Positions 10,422 to 20,248 are shown, counted from the stretch's first letter. The stretch: 58,678 nt of DNA from Candidatus Omnitrophota bacterium (GCA_026387435.1 JAPLLS010000046.1:1-58678); one strand, 5' to 3'. The notes: a model not told the origin generated them from the letters alone. Translations and numbers: made by a program.

Positions 10422-11375
10422 ATGAATTTGAGAGACGTACACATAGGCATAACTATGGGCGATCCTTCGGGGATCGGCCCGGAGATCTGCGTTCAGGCAA
10501 CCCGGGCACTTGGCGGGAAATTTAAGCTGGTTATTATCGGAGATCTGGGGGTTTGGAGAAAAGTCGCAAGTCACAAGTCACATGTCACATGTGAATTTGT
10601 TGATCTTAAGAATGTTGATCTTAAACGATTTAATTTCGGCCAAGTGAATGCCGAATACGGAAGAGCTTCCATGGAGTATCTGGACAAGGCCATGGAGCTT
10701 CTTCGTAAGCGTCAGATAGACTGCATTGTCACGGCCCCGATTTCTAAAGAGTCGATCAATCTGGCCGGCTTTCATTATTCCGGCCACACCGAATATTTCG
10801 CGGAGAAAACCAGATCCAAAAATGTGGTAATGATGCTGGTCAATAAGGAATTGAAATTTTGCCTGGTTACCCGGCACATCCCTTTAAAAGAGGTAGCCGT
10901 GAAATTGAACCGGGCCAAGATCACCAACACTATCACGGTTTGCCGCAAGGCCTTAACGGAGTTTTTTGCGCTCCAAGATCCGCGCCTGGTTGTTTGCGGG
11001 ATAAATCCTCATGGTTCGGATAACGGTTTGATCGGCAGAGAAGAGAACCAAATCATCCGTCCGGCACTTCAAGCTTTGAAAAAAAAGTTTAAACACCTGG
11101 ACGGGCCTCTGGGAGCTGATGTGGCCATAGGTAAAGCTAAAAACAATCTCTATGACTGCGTTATCGCCATGTACCACGACCAGGCTTTGATCCCTTTAAA
11201 GCTTTTGGGTGATGAAACCGGGATCAACATGACCCTCGGGCTGGGTTTTGTCCGGACTTCTCCTTTACACGGCACAGCTTTTGACATCGCCGGGAAGAAT
11301 ATTGCCAGCCCCGCATCTTTAATCGCTGCAATTAAATTAGCCGCTCAATGCACACTAAACCAAAAAAAAGCTTAG
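10422..11375 (+). CDS. pdxA: 4-hydroxythreonine-4-phosphate dehydrogenase
   Basis: TMGDPSGIGPEI, GHTEY, NPH, AMYHDQ, RTSPLHGTAFDIAG motifs. Confidence 0.95.
   Translation: MNLRDVHIGITMGDPSGIGPEICVQATRALGGKFKLVIIGDLGVWRKVASHKSHVTCEFVDLKNVDLKRFNFGQVNAEYGRASMEYLDKAMELLRKRQIDCIVTAPISKESINLAGFHYSGHTEYFAEKTRSKNVVMMLVNKELKFCLVTRHIPLKEVAVKLNRAKITNTITVCRKALTEFFALQDPRLVVCGINPHGSDNGLIGREENQIIRPALQALKKKFKHLDGPLGADVAIGKAKNNLYDCVIAMYHDQALIPLKLLGDETGINMTLGLGFVRTSPLHGTAFDIAGKNIASPASLIAAIKLAAQCTLNQKKA
10563..10594 (+). repeat. Heptamer tandem repeat (GTCACAN)x4 + GTGA inside pdxA
   Basis: gtcgcaa gtcacaa gtcacat gtcacat gtga. Confidence 0.7.
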
Positions 11376-12130
11376 GACAGAACTTCCTTATTGACAGGAA
11401 TATCCAGGATAAGATCATCGACAGTGTAGGTCTTGCTCAGGAGGATACGGTTTTAGAGATCGGCCCGGGTGAAGGGGCGATAACCGGTTTACTTTGCCGG
11501 GATGCGGGTAAAGTTTTCGCGGTGGAGATCGATCGCAGCCTCTGCGCTTTATTAACTAACAAATTCGCCAAAACCCAGAATCTCAGTGTGATTAACGCGG
11601 ATTTTCTTAAATTTGACCTGCGCAGCTTGCCGCCCGGAAACAAGCTTAAGGTCATCGGCAATATCCCCTATTACATTACCTCTCCGATCGTCGAGCACTT
11701 GCTGCTTTACCGCGAGAGGGTGGAGGTTATCTATCTTACGGTTCAGAAGGAATTTGCCCAGAGGATGGCGGCTGACCCCGGATCAAAAGCTTACGGATCG
11801 TTCAGCTGTTTTGTCCAGTATTACACCGAGCCGGAGATTTTGTTTCTGATCAAGAAGAACAGTTTTCATCCTCCGCCTAAAGTGGATTCCTGTTTTTTAC
11901 GGATGAAATTAAGGCAGGAGCCGGCGGTTAAGGTCAAGAACGAGACATTGCTTTTCAAGATCATCCGCACCGCTTTCCAACAGAGAAGAAAGACCATGAA
12001 AAACGGCCTGGAGGAACTGATCCCCAACCGCCAACTCGAGGAATTCTTTCGGCAATACGATATCGATCCCCGGATCCGCGCTGAAGACCTTTCCTTGCAA
12101 GACTTCGCCAACCTGGCGAATCTAATTTAA
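11348..12130 (+). CDS. rsmA: 16S rRNA m6,2A dimethyltransferase
   Basis: KKSLGQNFL, LEIGPG, GNIPYYIT, PPPKVDS motifs. Confidence 0.97.
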   Translation: MHTKPKKSLGQNFLIDRNIQDKIIDSVGLAQEDTVLEIGPGEGAITGLLCRDAGKVFAVEIDRSLCALLTNKFAKTQNLSVINADFLKFDLRSLPPGNKLKVIGNIPYYITSPIVEHLLLYRERVEVIYLTVQKEFAQRMAADPGSKAYGSFSCFVQYYTEPEILFLIKKNSFHPPPKVDSCFLRMKLRQEPAVKVKNETLLFKIIRTAFQQRRKTMKNGLEELIPNRQLEEFFRQYDIDPRIRAEDLSLQDFANLANLI

Positions 12131-12187
12131 GAGTCCCTATTTTAAAAAACTGTTGCCAGTAATAACTTTTATATATATATTAATAAA

Positions 12188-13411
12188 ATGGTAAACGATT
12201 TCTGGAAATGTGTTTGGCGTGAGCTGTGGCGGAGGAAAAGCCGTACCATCATCCACGTCATAAGCTATATTTTGGCGATAAGCGTAATGCTCGTATTGAT
12301 CAGTTTGCTTAACTTTTCAAGAAGAGCGGCGGATGAGGTATTGGCCACTACCGGAACACATTTTATAGTTTTTTCTGTGGAAAAACAACCTTGCTGTCCG
12401 GTGAATATGTCGTCTGAATGCAGCGAAGGTTTTGTGGCAATGGGGGTTAGTTCTAAACTGATCCCGGCAGTTTACGTGGAGAATGTCAAAAGCCTGCCTT
12501 CGGTGAAAGACGCTTCACCTTTTCTATTATTTCGTTTTAAAGACGATAAGGACAACCATTTATTTACAATAGGGGGTTTTGACCCTGGCCGGGCCGTCTC
12601 GATCGGCTCAACAAGCTGCGCTCCGAATGATCTTGTCAGCGGAAGATTTATCGCGGCGCGGGACAGGTTGGTTGTCATGCTGGAGATGGATTACGCCAAC
12701 TCCCGAGGCCTGAAAACAAAAGACACTTTAAATATCAACGGGACCGATTTTAAGATTATAGGCATCGTCGCTCCCGGCGTTCGCCCGGCAAAAGCCGATA
12801 TATATATGAATATTAAGGACGCTGAATCGGTCATTAATAAACGCTTATCCTCGCCTATCCACTATACCGAAGATATCAACATTATCGTTGTGGAGGTAAA
12901 AAGCTCCACAGTGCAGGATGAAGCGATCCAAGAAGTCAAAAAAATAGACCCCCAGCTTACAGTTTCAAGCTTTGCTTGCTACCGGCCTGCGGCCAAAGTA
13001 ATCGGGATAAACGAAAAGGGCATGTGGATAACAATTTTGATCATAGCTTTGGGGCTTATCGTTTTTTCCGCGCAATTCCAATTTTCTTCGGTAATGGAAC
13101 GGCAGCATGATATCGGTATTCTGAAAGCGATCGGCTGGTCTAATAAAATTGTAGTAACCCAGATTTTAGCGGAATCTATCCTGAAGTCTATAATCGGCGG
13201 TATATTAGGCTGTATTTTGACATTTTTAATCATAATTTTTGTGCCGCTAAAAGGATTCAGCGGTCTTCAAACCGGAGGCGCGCTAACTATTTCACCTCTA
13301 ATGGTAGCCATTTTACTGGGGTTATCAGTTGTTTCAGGTATTATTGCCGGCGCTTTTCCGGCGATACGGGTTAGTTGCCAGAATCCGGCCGAAACTTTAC
13401 GGAGATTATAA
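12188..13411 (+). CDS. FtsX/MacB-family ABC transporter permease
   Basis: One N-terminal TM, large periplasmic domain, ERQHDIGILKAIGW, C-terminal PAIRVS...PAETLR. Confidence 0.85.
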   Translation: MVNDFWKCVWRELWRRKSRTIIHVISYILAISVMLVLISLLNFSRRAADEVLATTGTHFIVFSVEKQPCCPVNMSSECSEGFVAMGVSSKLIPAVYVENVKSLPSVKDASPFLLFRFKDDKDNHLFTIGGFDPGRAVSIGSTSCAPNDLVSGRFIAARDRLVVMLEMDYANSRGLKTKDTLNINGTDFKIIGIVAPGVRPAKADIYMNIKDAESVINKRLSSPIHYTEDINIIVVEVKSSTVQDEAIQEVKKIDPQLTVSSFACYRPAAKVIGINEKGMWITILIIALGLIVFSAQFQFSSVMERQHDIGILKAIGWSNKIVVTQILAESILKSIIGGILGCILTFLIIIFVPLKGFSGLQTGGALTISPLMVAILLGLSVVSGIIAGAFPAIRVSCQNPAETLRRL

Positions 13412-13412
13412 T

Positions 13413-14093
13413 ATGCAAAGTAATGAAATTATTCTTGAGTGTAAAGAGTTGAAAAAGAGTTTTCAGGTCAGGAAAAGGAATATTCCTGTCCTTAATGGTT
13501 TAAATCTAAGAATCAAAAGGGGAGAGATAGTCGCTATTTCCGGCAAGAGCGGTGCGGGTAAATCCACGCTCATCGGATTATTGGGGGGCCTCGAACGCCC
13601 GACTTCCGGCGCCATAGTTTTTGAAAATAAGCATCTGGATGAATTATCTAATGAGGAATTGGCGTTATTACGGCGTAAAAAGATCGGGATAATTTTCCAG
13701 AATTTTAATCTTTTGCCTTCGTGGACAGCTTTGGAAAATGTGCAAGCTTCTTTGATGCATCGCGGTTTATCTGAAAGAGAACAACGCCGCAGGGTGGAGC
13801 CGTTATTAAAACAGCTCGGGTTGCCTGCAAGATACAACAGCCTGCCGGCTGAATTAAGTATGGGGGAGCAACAACGCGTTGCGGTAGCCAGAGCTTTAGT
13901 AAACGAGCCGGACCTGATTTTAGCCGATGAGCCTACGGGAGATGTTGATTCCGAAAACGCAAAAGATATCACCAGCCACCTTGTGTCGGCGGTCAGAAAA
14001 AACGGCGCTACTATGATCTTAGCAACTCACGCGGATACACTGTTGGACATTTGCGATAGAGTTCTTAATCTGAAAAACGGCAGCCTTTCCTAA
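13413..14093 (+). CDS. LolD/MacB-type ABC ATP-binding protein
   Basis: GKSGAGKST, LSMGEQQRVAVARAL, ADEPTG; ATG at 13413 immediately after the permease stop. Confidence 0.9.
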   Translation: MQSNEIILECKELKKSFQVRKRNIPVLNGLNLRIKRGEIVAISGKSGAGKSTLIGLLGGLERPTSGAIVFENKHLDELSNEELALLRRKKIGIIFQNFNLLPSWTALENVQASLMHRGLSEREQRRRVEPLLKQLGLPARYNSLPAELSMGEQQRVAVARALVNEPDLILADEPTGDVDSENAKDITSHLVSAVRKNGATMILATHADTLLDICDRVLNLKNGSLS

Positions 14094-14110
14094 AACTAAG
14101 CTGGCGGATT

Positions 14111-14220
14111 GGCGTATTTCGTCCTCGGCTAACATTCGCGGATTTTGTTGAAATCCGCTCATGCCTCGGACTAAATTCGGCCCAATGACTTATGTTCGTT
14201 ATCGCTTCGCAAGTTGTGGC
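14111..14220 (-). repeat. Structured two-hairpin repeat, copy 1 (second hairpin degenerate)
   Basis: GTCC-TC-GG...CAT-TC-GCGGATTT/AAATCCGC-TC-ATG-CC-TC-GGAC; strand given is the one carrying the tandem GA mismatches. Confidence 0.85.
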
Positions 14221-14223
14221 TAA

Positions 14224-14339
14224 GTATCCGTCCTCGGTAACATTCGCAAATTTCGTTAAAATTTGCTCATACCTCGGACTAAATTCGGCCCAATAACTTA
14301 TGTCGCACTACGTGCTCCATAAGTTATGGCCTCATTTAA
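14224..14339 (-). repeat. Structured two-hairpin repeat, copy 2
   Basis: GCAAATTT/AAATTTGC stem; AAAT-TC-GGCC..ATAACTTATG-TC-GCAC-tac-GTGC-TC-CATAAGTTAT-GGCC-TC-ATTTAA. Confidence 0.9.
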
Positions 14340-14346
14340 ATTCTTT

Positions 14347-14375
14347 TTGACAAGTCCGGCTTTGTAAGGTATATT
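14347..14375 (+). promoter_or_regulatory. Sigma70-type promoter for pgk-tpiA-secG
   Basis: TTGACA-17-TATATT; AGGAG RBS before pgk. Confidence 0.75.
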
Positions 14376-14403
14376 ATTACTTCTTAATAAAAGGAGCTCA
14401 AAG

Positions 14404-15585
14404 ATGGCCAAATTGACCGTAAAAGACCTGGATTTGAAAAATAAGACTGTTTTGATGCGCGCGGACTTCAATGTTCCTTTGGATGGGGAGTTCAATATCA
14501 CTGATGATACCCGGATCAGGGAAACTTTACCTACGATTCAGTATATTCTCAAGAACGGCGCCAAAAATCTGGTTTTGATGAGCCATTTAGGCCGGCCGGA
14601 CGGCAAGAGAGTGGATAAATACAGCCTTAAACCAGTAGCCAAGAAACTGGCGGATCTGCTGGGAGAAAAGATAAATTTCCTCAGTGATTGCGTAGGTCCG
14701 GAGGTCAAAGCTGCGGTTGATTCTTCCCAGGATAGGGTTATTCTCCTGGAAAACCTCAGGTATCATGCCGAAGAAGAGGGCAATGACGAGAATTTCGCCA
14801 AGCAGCTGGCTTCTTTAGGCGAATTATTCGTTAACGACGCTTTCGGCACCGCGCACCGGGCTCATGCTTCCACAGCCGGAGTGGATAAATTCCTCAAATC
14901 CGCTGCGGGATTCCTGCTGGAAAAGGAAATAAAATACCTGGGAGACGCGGTCAGCAATCCCCAAAAGCCTTTTATGGTTATCCTCGGCGGCGCCAAGGTT
15001 TCGGATAAGATCGGCGTTATCGAGAATTTACTGCCTAAATGCGAAACGATCATTATAGGCGGGGGAATGGCCTATACTTTTTTAAAGGCCCAGGGTAAAT
15101 CAATCGGAAATTCCAAATTGGAGAAAGATAAGCTCGACTTGGCTAAGACTATCTTAGATAAAGCAGCAGCCATGAAAAAAGAGATCCTTTTGCCCATCGA
15201 CCATGTGGTTGTGGAAACAGTCGATCCCAATGCCAAGTCAGAGATAGTCGGCGAGCAGATACCAGAAGGCAAGATCGCCGTGGATATCGGCCCGAAAACC
15301 ATCGCTTTGTTCAATGCCAAGCTTCAATCCGCAAAGACTGTGGTCTGGAACGGACCGCTGGGAATATTCGAGATGGATGCTTTCAGCAAGGGGACTTTAG
15401 AAGTAGGGAAATGTTTGGCTGGATTAAAAGCAGTTACTATTATCGGCGGAGGCGATACTGCCGCCGCTGTAGCCAAGTTCAAATTACAGGATAAAATGAC
15501 CCATATTTCCACGGGCGGCGGAGCGAGCCTGGAGTTCTTAGAGGGGAAGACCTTGCCCGGGATCGCGGCGTTAACCGACAGATAA
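14404..15585 (+). CDS. pgk: Phosphoglycerate kinase
   Basis: RADFNVP, SHLGRP, DAFGTAHRAHAS, STGGGASLE motifs. Confidence 0.98.
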   Translation: MAKLTVKDLDLKNKTVLMRADFNVPLDGEFNITDDTRIRETLPTIQYILKNGAKNLVLMSHLGRPDGKRVDKYSLKPVAKKLADLLGEKINFLSDCVGPEVKAAVDSSQDRVILLENLRYHAEEEGNDENFAKQLASLGELFVNDAFGTAHRAHASTAGVDKFLKSAAGFLLEKEIKYLGDAVSNPQKPFMVILGGAKVSDKIGVIENLLPKCETIIIGGGMAYTFLKAQGKSIGNSKLEKDKLDLAKTILDKAAAMKKEILLPIDHVVVETVDPNAKSEIVGEQIPEGKIAVDIGPKTIALFNAKLQSAKTVVWNGPLGIFEMDAFSKGTLEVGKCLAGLKAVTIIGGGDTAAAVAKFKLQDKMTHISTGGGASLEFLEGKTLPGIAALTDR

Positions 15586-15595
15586 GGACACGTTA

Positions 15596-16375
15596 ATGAG
15601 AAAACCTATTATTGCGGGCAATTGGAAGATGTATAAGACCATCGGTCCGGCTATTGAGCTGGCTAACGGCTTAAAAAGGGAATTTTATAAAATCGAACCT
15701 GCGGACATTGACATTGTGCTTTGTCCGGTTTATACTTGTTTGAGCGAAGTAGCCGAGGTGATCGCCAATTCCAATATCGCCTTGGGCGCACAGGACGTTT
15801 ACTGGCAGGATGAAGGCGCGTTTACCGGTGAAGTCTCGGCGCCCATGCTTAAGGATGCCGGCTGCACTTACGTGATCATCGGCCATTCCGAGCGCCGGCA
15901 GTTCTTCGCAGAGACAAATGATACGGTTAATAAAAAAATAAAAGCGGCCTTAAAACACGGGCTTTTGCCGATAGTCTGCGTGGGCGAATCCCTGGCGGAA
16001 AGAGAAGCCAACAAAACTTTTGACGTTTTGACCGGCCATGTGCAAAACGGACTTGTTGGTCTGACCGCAGAAGAAGTTGCCAGGATCGTCATTGCTTATG
16101 AGCCGGTCTGGGCTATCGGGACCGGGAAAACCGCGACCTCCGCCCAGGCTCAGGAAGCGCATAAATATATCAGGGACCTTTTGGTCAAGTTTTACAATAA
16201 AGAGCTTGCCGCAGGTGTAAGGATCCAATACGGTGGCAGTGTTAAACCGGAAAACATCGAAGAAATAATGGCTCAGCCGGACGTTGACGGAGCTTTGGTC
16301 GGCGGGGCAAGCCTTAAAATCGAATCTTTTTCCGAAATCATAAAGCGCGGTTTGAAAGTTAAGGTGAAAAAATGA
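15596..16375 (+). CDS. tpiA: Triosephosphate isomerase
   Basis: AGNWKM, GHSERR, AYEPVWAIGTG, YGGSV motifs. Confidence 0.98.
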   Translation: MRKPIIAGNWKMYKTIGPAIELANGLKREFYKIEPADIDIVLCPVYTCLSEVAEVIANSNIALGAQDVYWQDEGAFTGEVSAPMLKDAGCTYVIIGHSERRQFFAETNDTVNKKIKAALKHGLLPIVCVGESLAEREANKTFDVLTGHVQNGLVGLTAEEVARIVIAYEPVWAIGTGKTATSAQAQEAHKYIRDLLVKFYNKELAAGVRIQYGGSVKPENIEEIMAQPDVDGALVGGASLKIESFSEIIKRGLKVKVKK

Positions 16376-16773
16376 TGAGTTTAGTGATTGCGGTCCATGT
16401 CACAGTCTGCATAGTTTTAATAACGCTGATCCTTATTCAAAGAGGAAGAGGCGGCGGTTTTATCGAGAGTTTTTCCGGCCTGGAATCCATGTTCGGCACT
16501 AAAACCAGCGCATTCCTTTCCAAGGCGACTTCGGTCCTGGCGGTAATGTTCTTTTTTACCTGCCTGTTTTTGGCTTTTCTGTCTTTAAAAGAAAGCAAAT
16601 CCTTGATGCGCGGAGTCAAGCCGAAATCCCTGATCCCCGCGGCAACAACGGGTCCGGCTAATACTACAGCAGTGGCAAACTCGGCTCAGAAGCCGGAAGC
16701 GGCCTCACAGGCCCAGCAGCAACCGTCTGTTGCAGCGACCACCGCAGCTCCAGCGAATCAGACGGCTAAATAG
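16372..16773 (+). CDS. secG: Preprotein translocase subunit SecG with Ala/Thr/Gln-rich tail
   Basis: Two TMs with LIQRGRGGG...FG; position after tpiA. Confidence 0.9.
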   Translation: MMSLVIAVHVTVCIVLITLILIQRGRGGGFIESFSGLESMFGTKTSAFLSKATSVLAVMFFFTCLFLAFLSLKESKSLMRGVKPKSLIPAATTGPANTTAVANSAQKPEAASQAQQQPSVAATTAAPANQTAK

Positions 16774-16819
16774 ATCTTCTTTAAAAGGAGTCAAAGCCTC
16801 TTTAAGGATTTTACCGGGC

Positions 16820-18433
16820 ATGCGCAGAAAAACGCTTAACATATTAAAGCTACCAATCGTCTTGGTAGCTTTTTTATTTGTTTTTATCTGTCTTCAAGCT
16901 TTTGCCCAGGATTATGGCGACGCTATTGTCGGCGCTTCCATCTCCGATGCCCGCAACCTTTTGCCGATGCTGGCTTCGGATTCAGCCTCCAGCGAAATAA
17001 GCGGGATGGTCTTTAACGGCCTGGTCAAATACGACAAGGATATAAACCTGGTCGGTGACCTGGCAAAAAGCTGGGAGGTGCAGGAGGGCGGACTGGTCAT
17101 AATTTTTCATTTAAGGGCAGATGTGCGCTGGCACGACGGATCGCCTTTTACCGCTGCTGACGTAGAATTTACCTACAGGAAAATGATCGATCCGTCCGTT
17201 CGCACGCCTTACGGAGGGGATTTTGAGCGGGTCAAGTCTTTAGAAGTTCTGGATGATCATACAATCAAGGTTACTTATAAAGAGCCATTTGTCCCGGGGT
17301 TGGCCAGTTGGGGGATGTCCATTATTCCCAGGCACCTGCTGGAAAAAGAGGATCTCAACAATACGGCTTTCAGCCGCTATCCCGTAGGAACCGGGCCTTA
17401 TAAATTCAAAACCTGGAAAACTCAGGAGAAGATAGAACTGGTTTCCAACCGCGATTACTTCGAGCACCGGCCGTTTCTCGACCGGGCCATTACCCGGGTC
17501 ATTCCGGATGAGTCAACTATTTTTCTTGAACTTCAGACTCAGGGGGTGGATTCAGCCGGGTTGACCCCGTTACAATACAGCCGCCAGACTGATACCGATT
17601 TTTTCAAAAAACATTATCGCAAATTCCGGCTTCCTGGTTTTAATTATACTTATCTCGGTTATAACTTGAGTAATCCTAAATTTTCCGATAAACGGGTCAG
17701 GCTGGCTTTGAATTACGCCGTGGACAAAACCGAGATAATCAATATCGTCCTTCTGGGTTTCGGAACAGTTTCGACAGGGCCGTTCGTTCCCCAGTCCTGG
17801 GCGTATGATCAGGGTGTTTTACCTGTCGCTTTTGATCCGGCCAAAGCCAGGAGCCTTCTGGCCGAAGCTGGTTGGAAAAGCGTCAATAAAGACGGCTGGC
17901 TGGAAAAAGACGGCCGGGTTTTTGAATTTACCATCGCCACCAATCAGGGCAATGAGGAACGCCAGAAAGTCGCTGAGATCATCCAGCGCCGGCTCAAAGG
18001 CGTGGGTATCCGGGTCAAGATCAAAGTAGTGGAGTGGAGCGTTTTTCTCTCGGAGTTTATCGATAAGAAAAATTTCGAAGCCATCCTGCTGGGTTGGTCG
18101 GTTCCCAGGGATCCGGATATCTACGATATCTGGTATTCCGGCAAGACCAAAGAGGGGGAGTTCAATTTTATCGGTTACAAGAACGATGAAGTAGATAAAC
18201 TGCTTATTGAAGGCCGGCGTATTTTTGATCAGCAAGAAAGGCAGAAAATTTACCACCGGATCCACGAGATAATTTACGACGAACAACCGTATATGTTCTT
18301 ATTCACCGCGGAAAGCCTGTCTATCTTGCATAACCGTTTTCAGGGGGTCAAGCCAGCTCCGGCCGGTATCGGTTACAATTTTATTGACTGGTGGGTGGCC
18401 AGACCCCAGCAGAAGTATAGGATAGCGAAATGA
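16820..18433 (+). CDS. Peptide ABC transporter substrate-binding protein (SBP family 5)
   Basis: DLAKSW, WHDGSPFTAADV, PVGTGPY; ATG at 16820 gives a signal peptide. Confidence 0.9.
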   Translation: MRRKTLNILKLPIVLVAFLFVFICLQAFAQDYGDAIVGASISDARNLLPMLASDSASSEISGMVFNGLVKYDKDINLVGDLAKSWEVQEGGLVIIFHLRADVRWHDGSPFTAADVEFTYRKMIDPSVRTPYGGDFERVKSLEVLDDHTIKVTYKEPFVPGLASWGMSIIPRHLLEKEDLNNTAFSRYPVGTGPYKFKTWKTQEKIELVSNRDYFEHRPFLDRAITRVIPDESTIFLELQTQGVDSAGLTPLQYSRQTDTDFFKKHYRKFRLPGFNYTYLGYNLSNPKFSDKRVRLALNYAVDKTEIINIVLLGFGTVSTGPFVPQSWAYDQGVLPVAFDPAKARSLLAEAGWKSVNKDGWLEKDGRVFEFTIATNQGNEERQKVAEIIQRRLKGVGIRVKIKVVEWSVFLSEFIDKKNFEAILLGWSVPRDPDIYDIWYSGKTKEGEFNFIGYKNDEVDKLLIEGRRIFDQQERQKIYHRIHEIIYDEQPYMFLFTAESLSILHNRFQGVKPAPAGIGYNFIDWWVARPQQKYRIAK

Positions 18434-19401
18434 TCAATTATATTCTTAAAAGATTACTAGGAATGATCCCCGTGCTTTTGGGGGTTACTGTTCTTAGTTT
18501 TGCCATTATTAATTTAGCTCCGGGCAAGTTTTCGACTCTGGACCAGGCAATGAATCCTAAGGTTTCTCCGGAATACCAGATGCGTTTGGTTAAGGCTTTT
18601 AACCTCGATAAACCCCTGCCCGTTAGGTATTGGCTTTGGCTTAAAAGTTCAATTTGTTTTGATTTCGGCCGGTCTTTCAGCGATAACCGGTTGATTATGG
18701 ACAAGATCGCAGAACGTCTTCCGGTGACTGTCGGGATCAACGTGCTTTCCCTGTTGTTCGTATTTCTGGTCGCCATCCCCATAGGTGTCAAAGCGGCGAC
18801 TAAAGCCGGCGGCGGGTTTGATACGGTTACGACCTATTTTTCTTTCTTGCTGCTGGCGGCTCCTACCTTTTGGCTGGCTTTGTTACTGATGCAGTTTTTT
18901 TGTATCCAGCTGGGTTGGCTGCCGATCTCGGGCATACATTCCCTTGATTTTGAGTACTTTAGTCCTTTGCGTAAAGTCTGGGATATATCCTGGCATTTGA
19001 TCCTGCCGGTGTTTGTTTCTTCTTTGGGAGGGTTTGCGGTCATTTCGCGGTATATGCGTTCGAGCATGATGGAGGCTTTGAACCAGCCGTATATTTACAC
19101 CGCCCGCGCCAAAGGATTGCCGCAAAGCCAGGTAGTTTACAAACACGCCCTGCGCAACGCGAGTTTACCGATAGTCACGATGATCGGGTTGTCTATCCCG
19201 GGGCTTTTGGGAGGCAGCGTTATTTTTGAGTCGATTTTTGCTCTCCCCGGCTTAGGCCAGCTCTTTTTTCAAGCGGTAATGGCCAGGGATATGCCGCTAA
19301 TAATGGCGGAAGTAGTTTTAGGTGCGGTACTGACCATGTTGGGGAATTTGATTGCTGATATCAGCTATGCTTATGTTGATCCGCGAATACGGTATAAATA
19401 A
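18430..19401 (+). CDS. Peptide ABC transporter permease (OppB/DppB-like)
   Basis: TARAKGL...KHALRNA EAA loop, ESIFALPGLG. Confidence 0.92.
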   Translation: MINYILKRLLGMIPVLLGVTVLSFAIINLAPGKFSTLDQAMNPKVSPEYQMRLVKAFNLDKPLPVRYWLWLKSSICFDFGRSFSDNRLIMDKIAERLPVTVGINVLSLLFVFLVAIPIGVKAATKAGGGFDTVTTYFSFLLLAAPTFWLALLLMQFFCIQLGWLPISGIHSLDFEYFSPLRKVWDISWHLILPVFVSSLGGFAVISRYMRSSMMEALNQPYIYTARAKGLPQSQVVYKHALRNASLPIVTMIGLSIPGLLGGSVIFESIFALPGLGQLFFQAVMARDMPLIMAEVVLGAVLTMLGNLIADISYAYVDPRIRYK

Positions 19402-20196
19402 ATGAAGAATAATCCTTATTTGTTCTGGGGGCTGGCGATAATCGTTTTTTTTAGCGGCGTAGCGCTTCTGGCGCCCTGGATCAGCCCGCATGATCCAACG
19501 CTGATCGACGGCCAGAATTTGCTTATGCCGCCGTCTCTAAAATATTGGTTAGGGACTGACGGTTTGGGCAGGGATCTCTTGAGCCGGATGATATTTGGCG
19601 CCCGGATATCGCTTTCTGTCGGTATTATCGCGGTGGGGATCTCGATCTTTCTGGGTTTGCTTCTGGGCTCTTGCGCCGGATTTTACGGAAAAACCGTTGA
19701 TTCGCTGGTCATGCGTTTCGCAGATATCATGTTGTGTATCCCTACGTTTTTTCTGATTCTGGCGGTCATCGCTATGGTCGAACCGTCGATCTATAACATC
19801 ATGATTGTAATCGGACTGACCAGCTGGATGGGTCCGGCCAGGCTTATCCGGGGAGAAATACTCTCTTTAAAAGAAAGGGAGTTCATCCAGGCTGAGCGGG
19901 CGTTGGGAGCAACTGATGCCCGGATAATCATTCGCCATCTAATCCCTAATGCGGCCGGTCCGGTACTGGTCAATGCTACTTTGGGGATCGCCGGAGCGAT
20001 CTTGCTGGAATCCAGCTTGAGTTTTTTGGGGCTGGGAGTGCAGCCGCCGATCCCCAGCTGGGGCAATATCCTGATCGAGTCTAAATCTACCCTGGGGATA
20101 GCCTGGTGGATCACCTTATTCCCCGGGCTGGCAATATTGGTCACTATTTTGGGATTTAATTTCATCTCTGAAGGGTTGAAGAAGATCATAGGTTAA
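19402..20196 (+). CDS. Peptide ABC transporter permease (OppC/DppC-like)
   Basis: LGTDGLGRD, RHLIPN, LSFLGLG...PSWG motifs. Confidence 0.92.
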   Translation: MKNNPYLFWGLAIIVFFSGVALLAPWISPHDPTLIDGQNLLMPPSLKYWLGTDGLGRDLLSRMIFGARISLSVGIIAVGISIFLGLLLGSCAGFYGKTVDSLVMRFADIMLCIPTFFLILAVIAMVEPSIYNIMIVIGLTSWMGPARLIRGEILSLKEREFIQAERALGATDARIIIRHLIPNAAGPVLVNATLGIAGAILLESSLSFLGLGVQPPIPSWGNILIESKSTLGIAWWITLFPGLAILVTILGFNFISEGLKKIIG

Positions 20197-20198
20197 CA

Positions 20199-20239
20199 AA
20201 CCAGTACAACCTAACCAGTACAACCTCGTAGGTTGTACT
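20199..20239. repeat. REP-like palindrome AGTACAACCT-CGT-AGGTTGTACT with 14-bp tandem duplication of its left side
   Basis: aaccagtacaacct x2 then cgtaggttgtact; same unit as 7550-7589. Confidence 0.75.
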
Positions 20240-20248
20240 AAGGGTTAT

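Noticed and set aside
14111-14339. Tandem repeats as a CRISPR array
   Set aside because: Units are ~110 bp, dispersed and covarying, with no constant repeat/unique spacer pattern and no cas genes.
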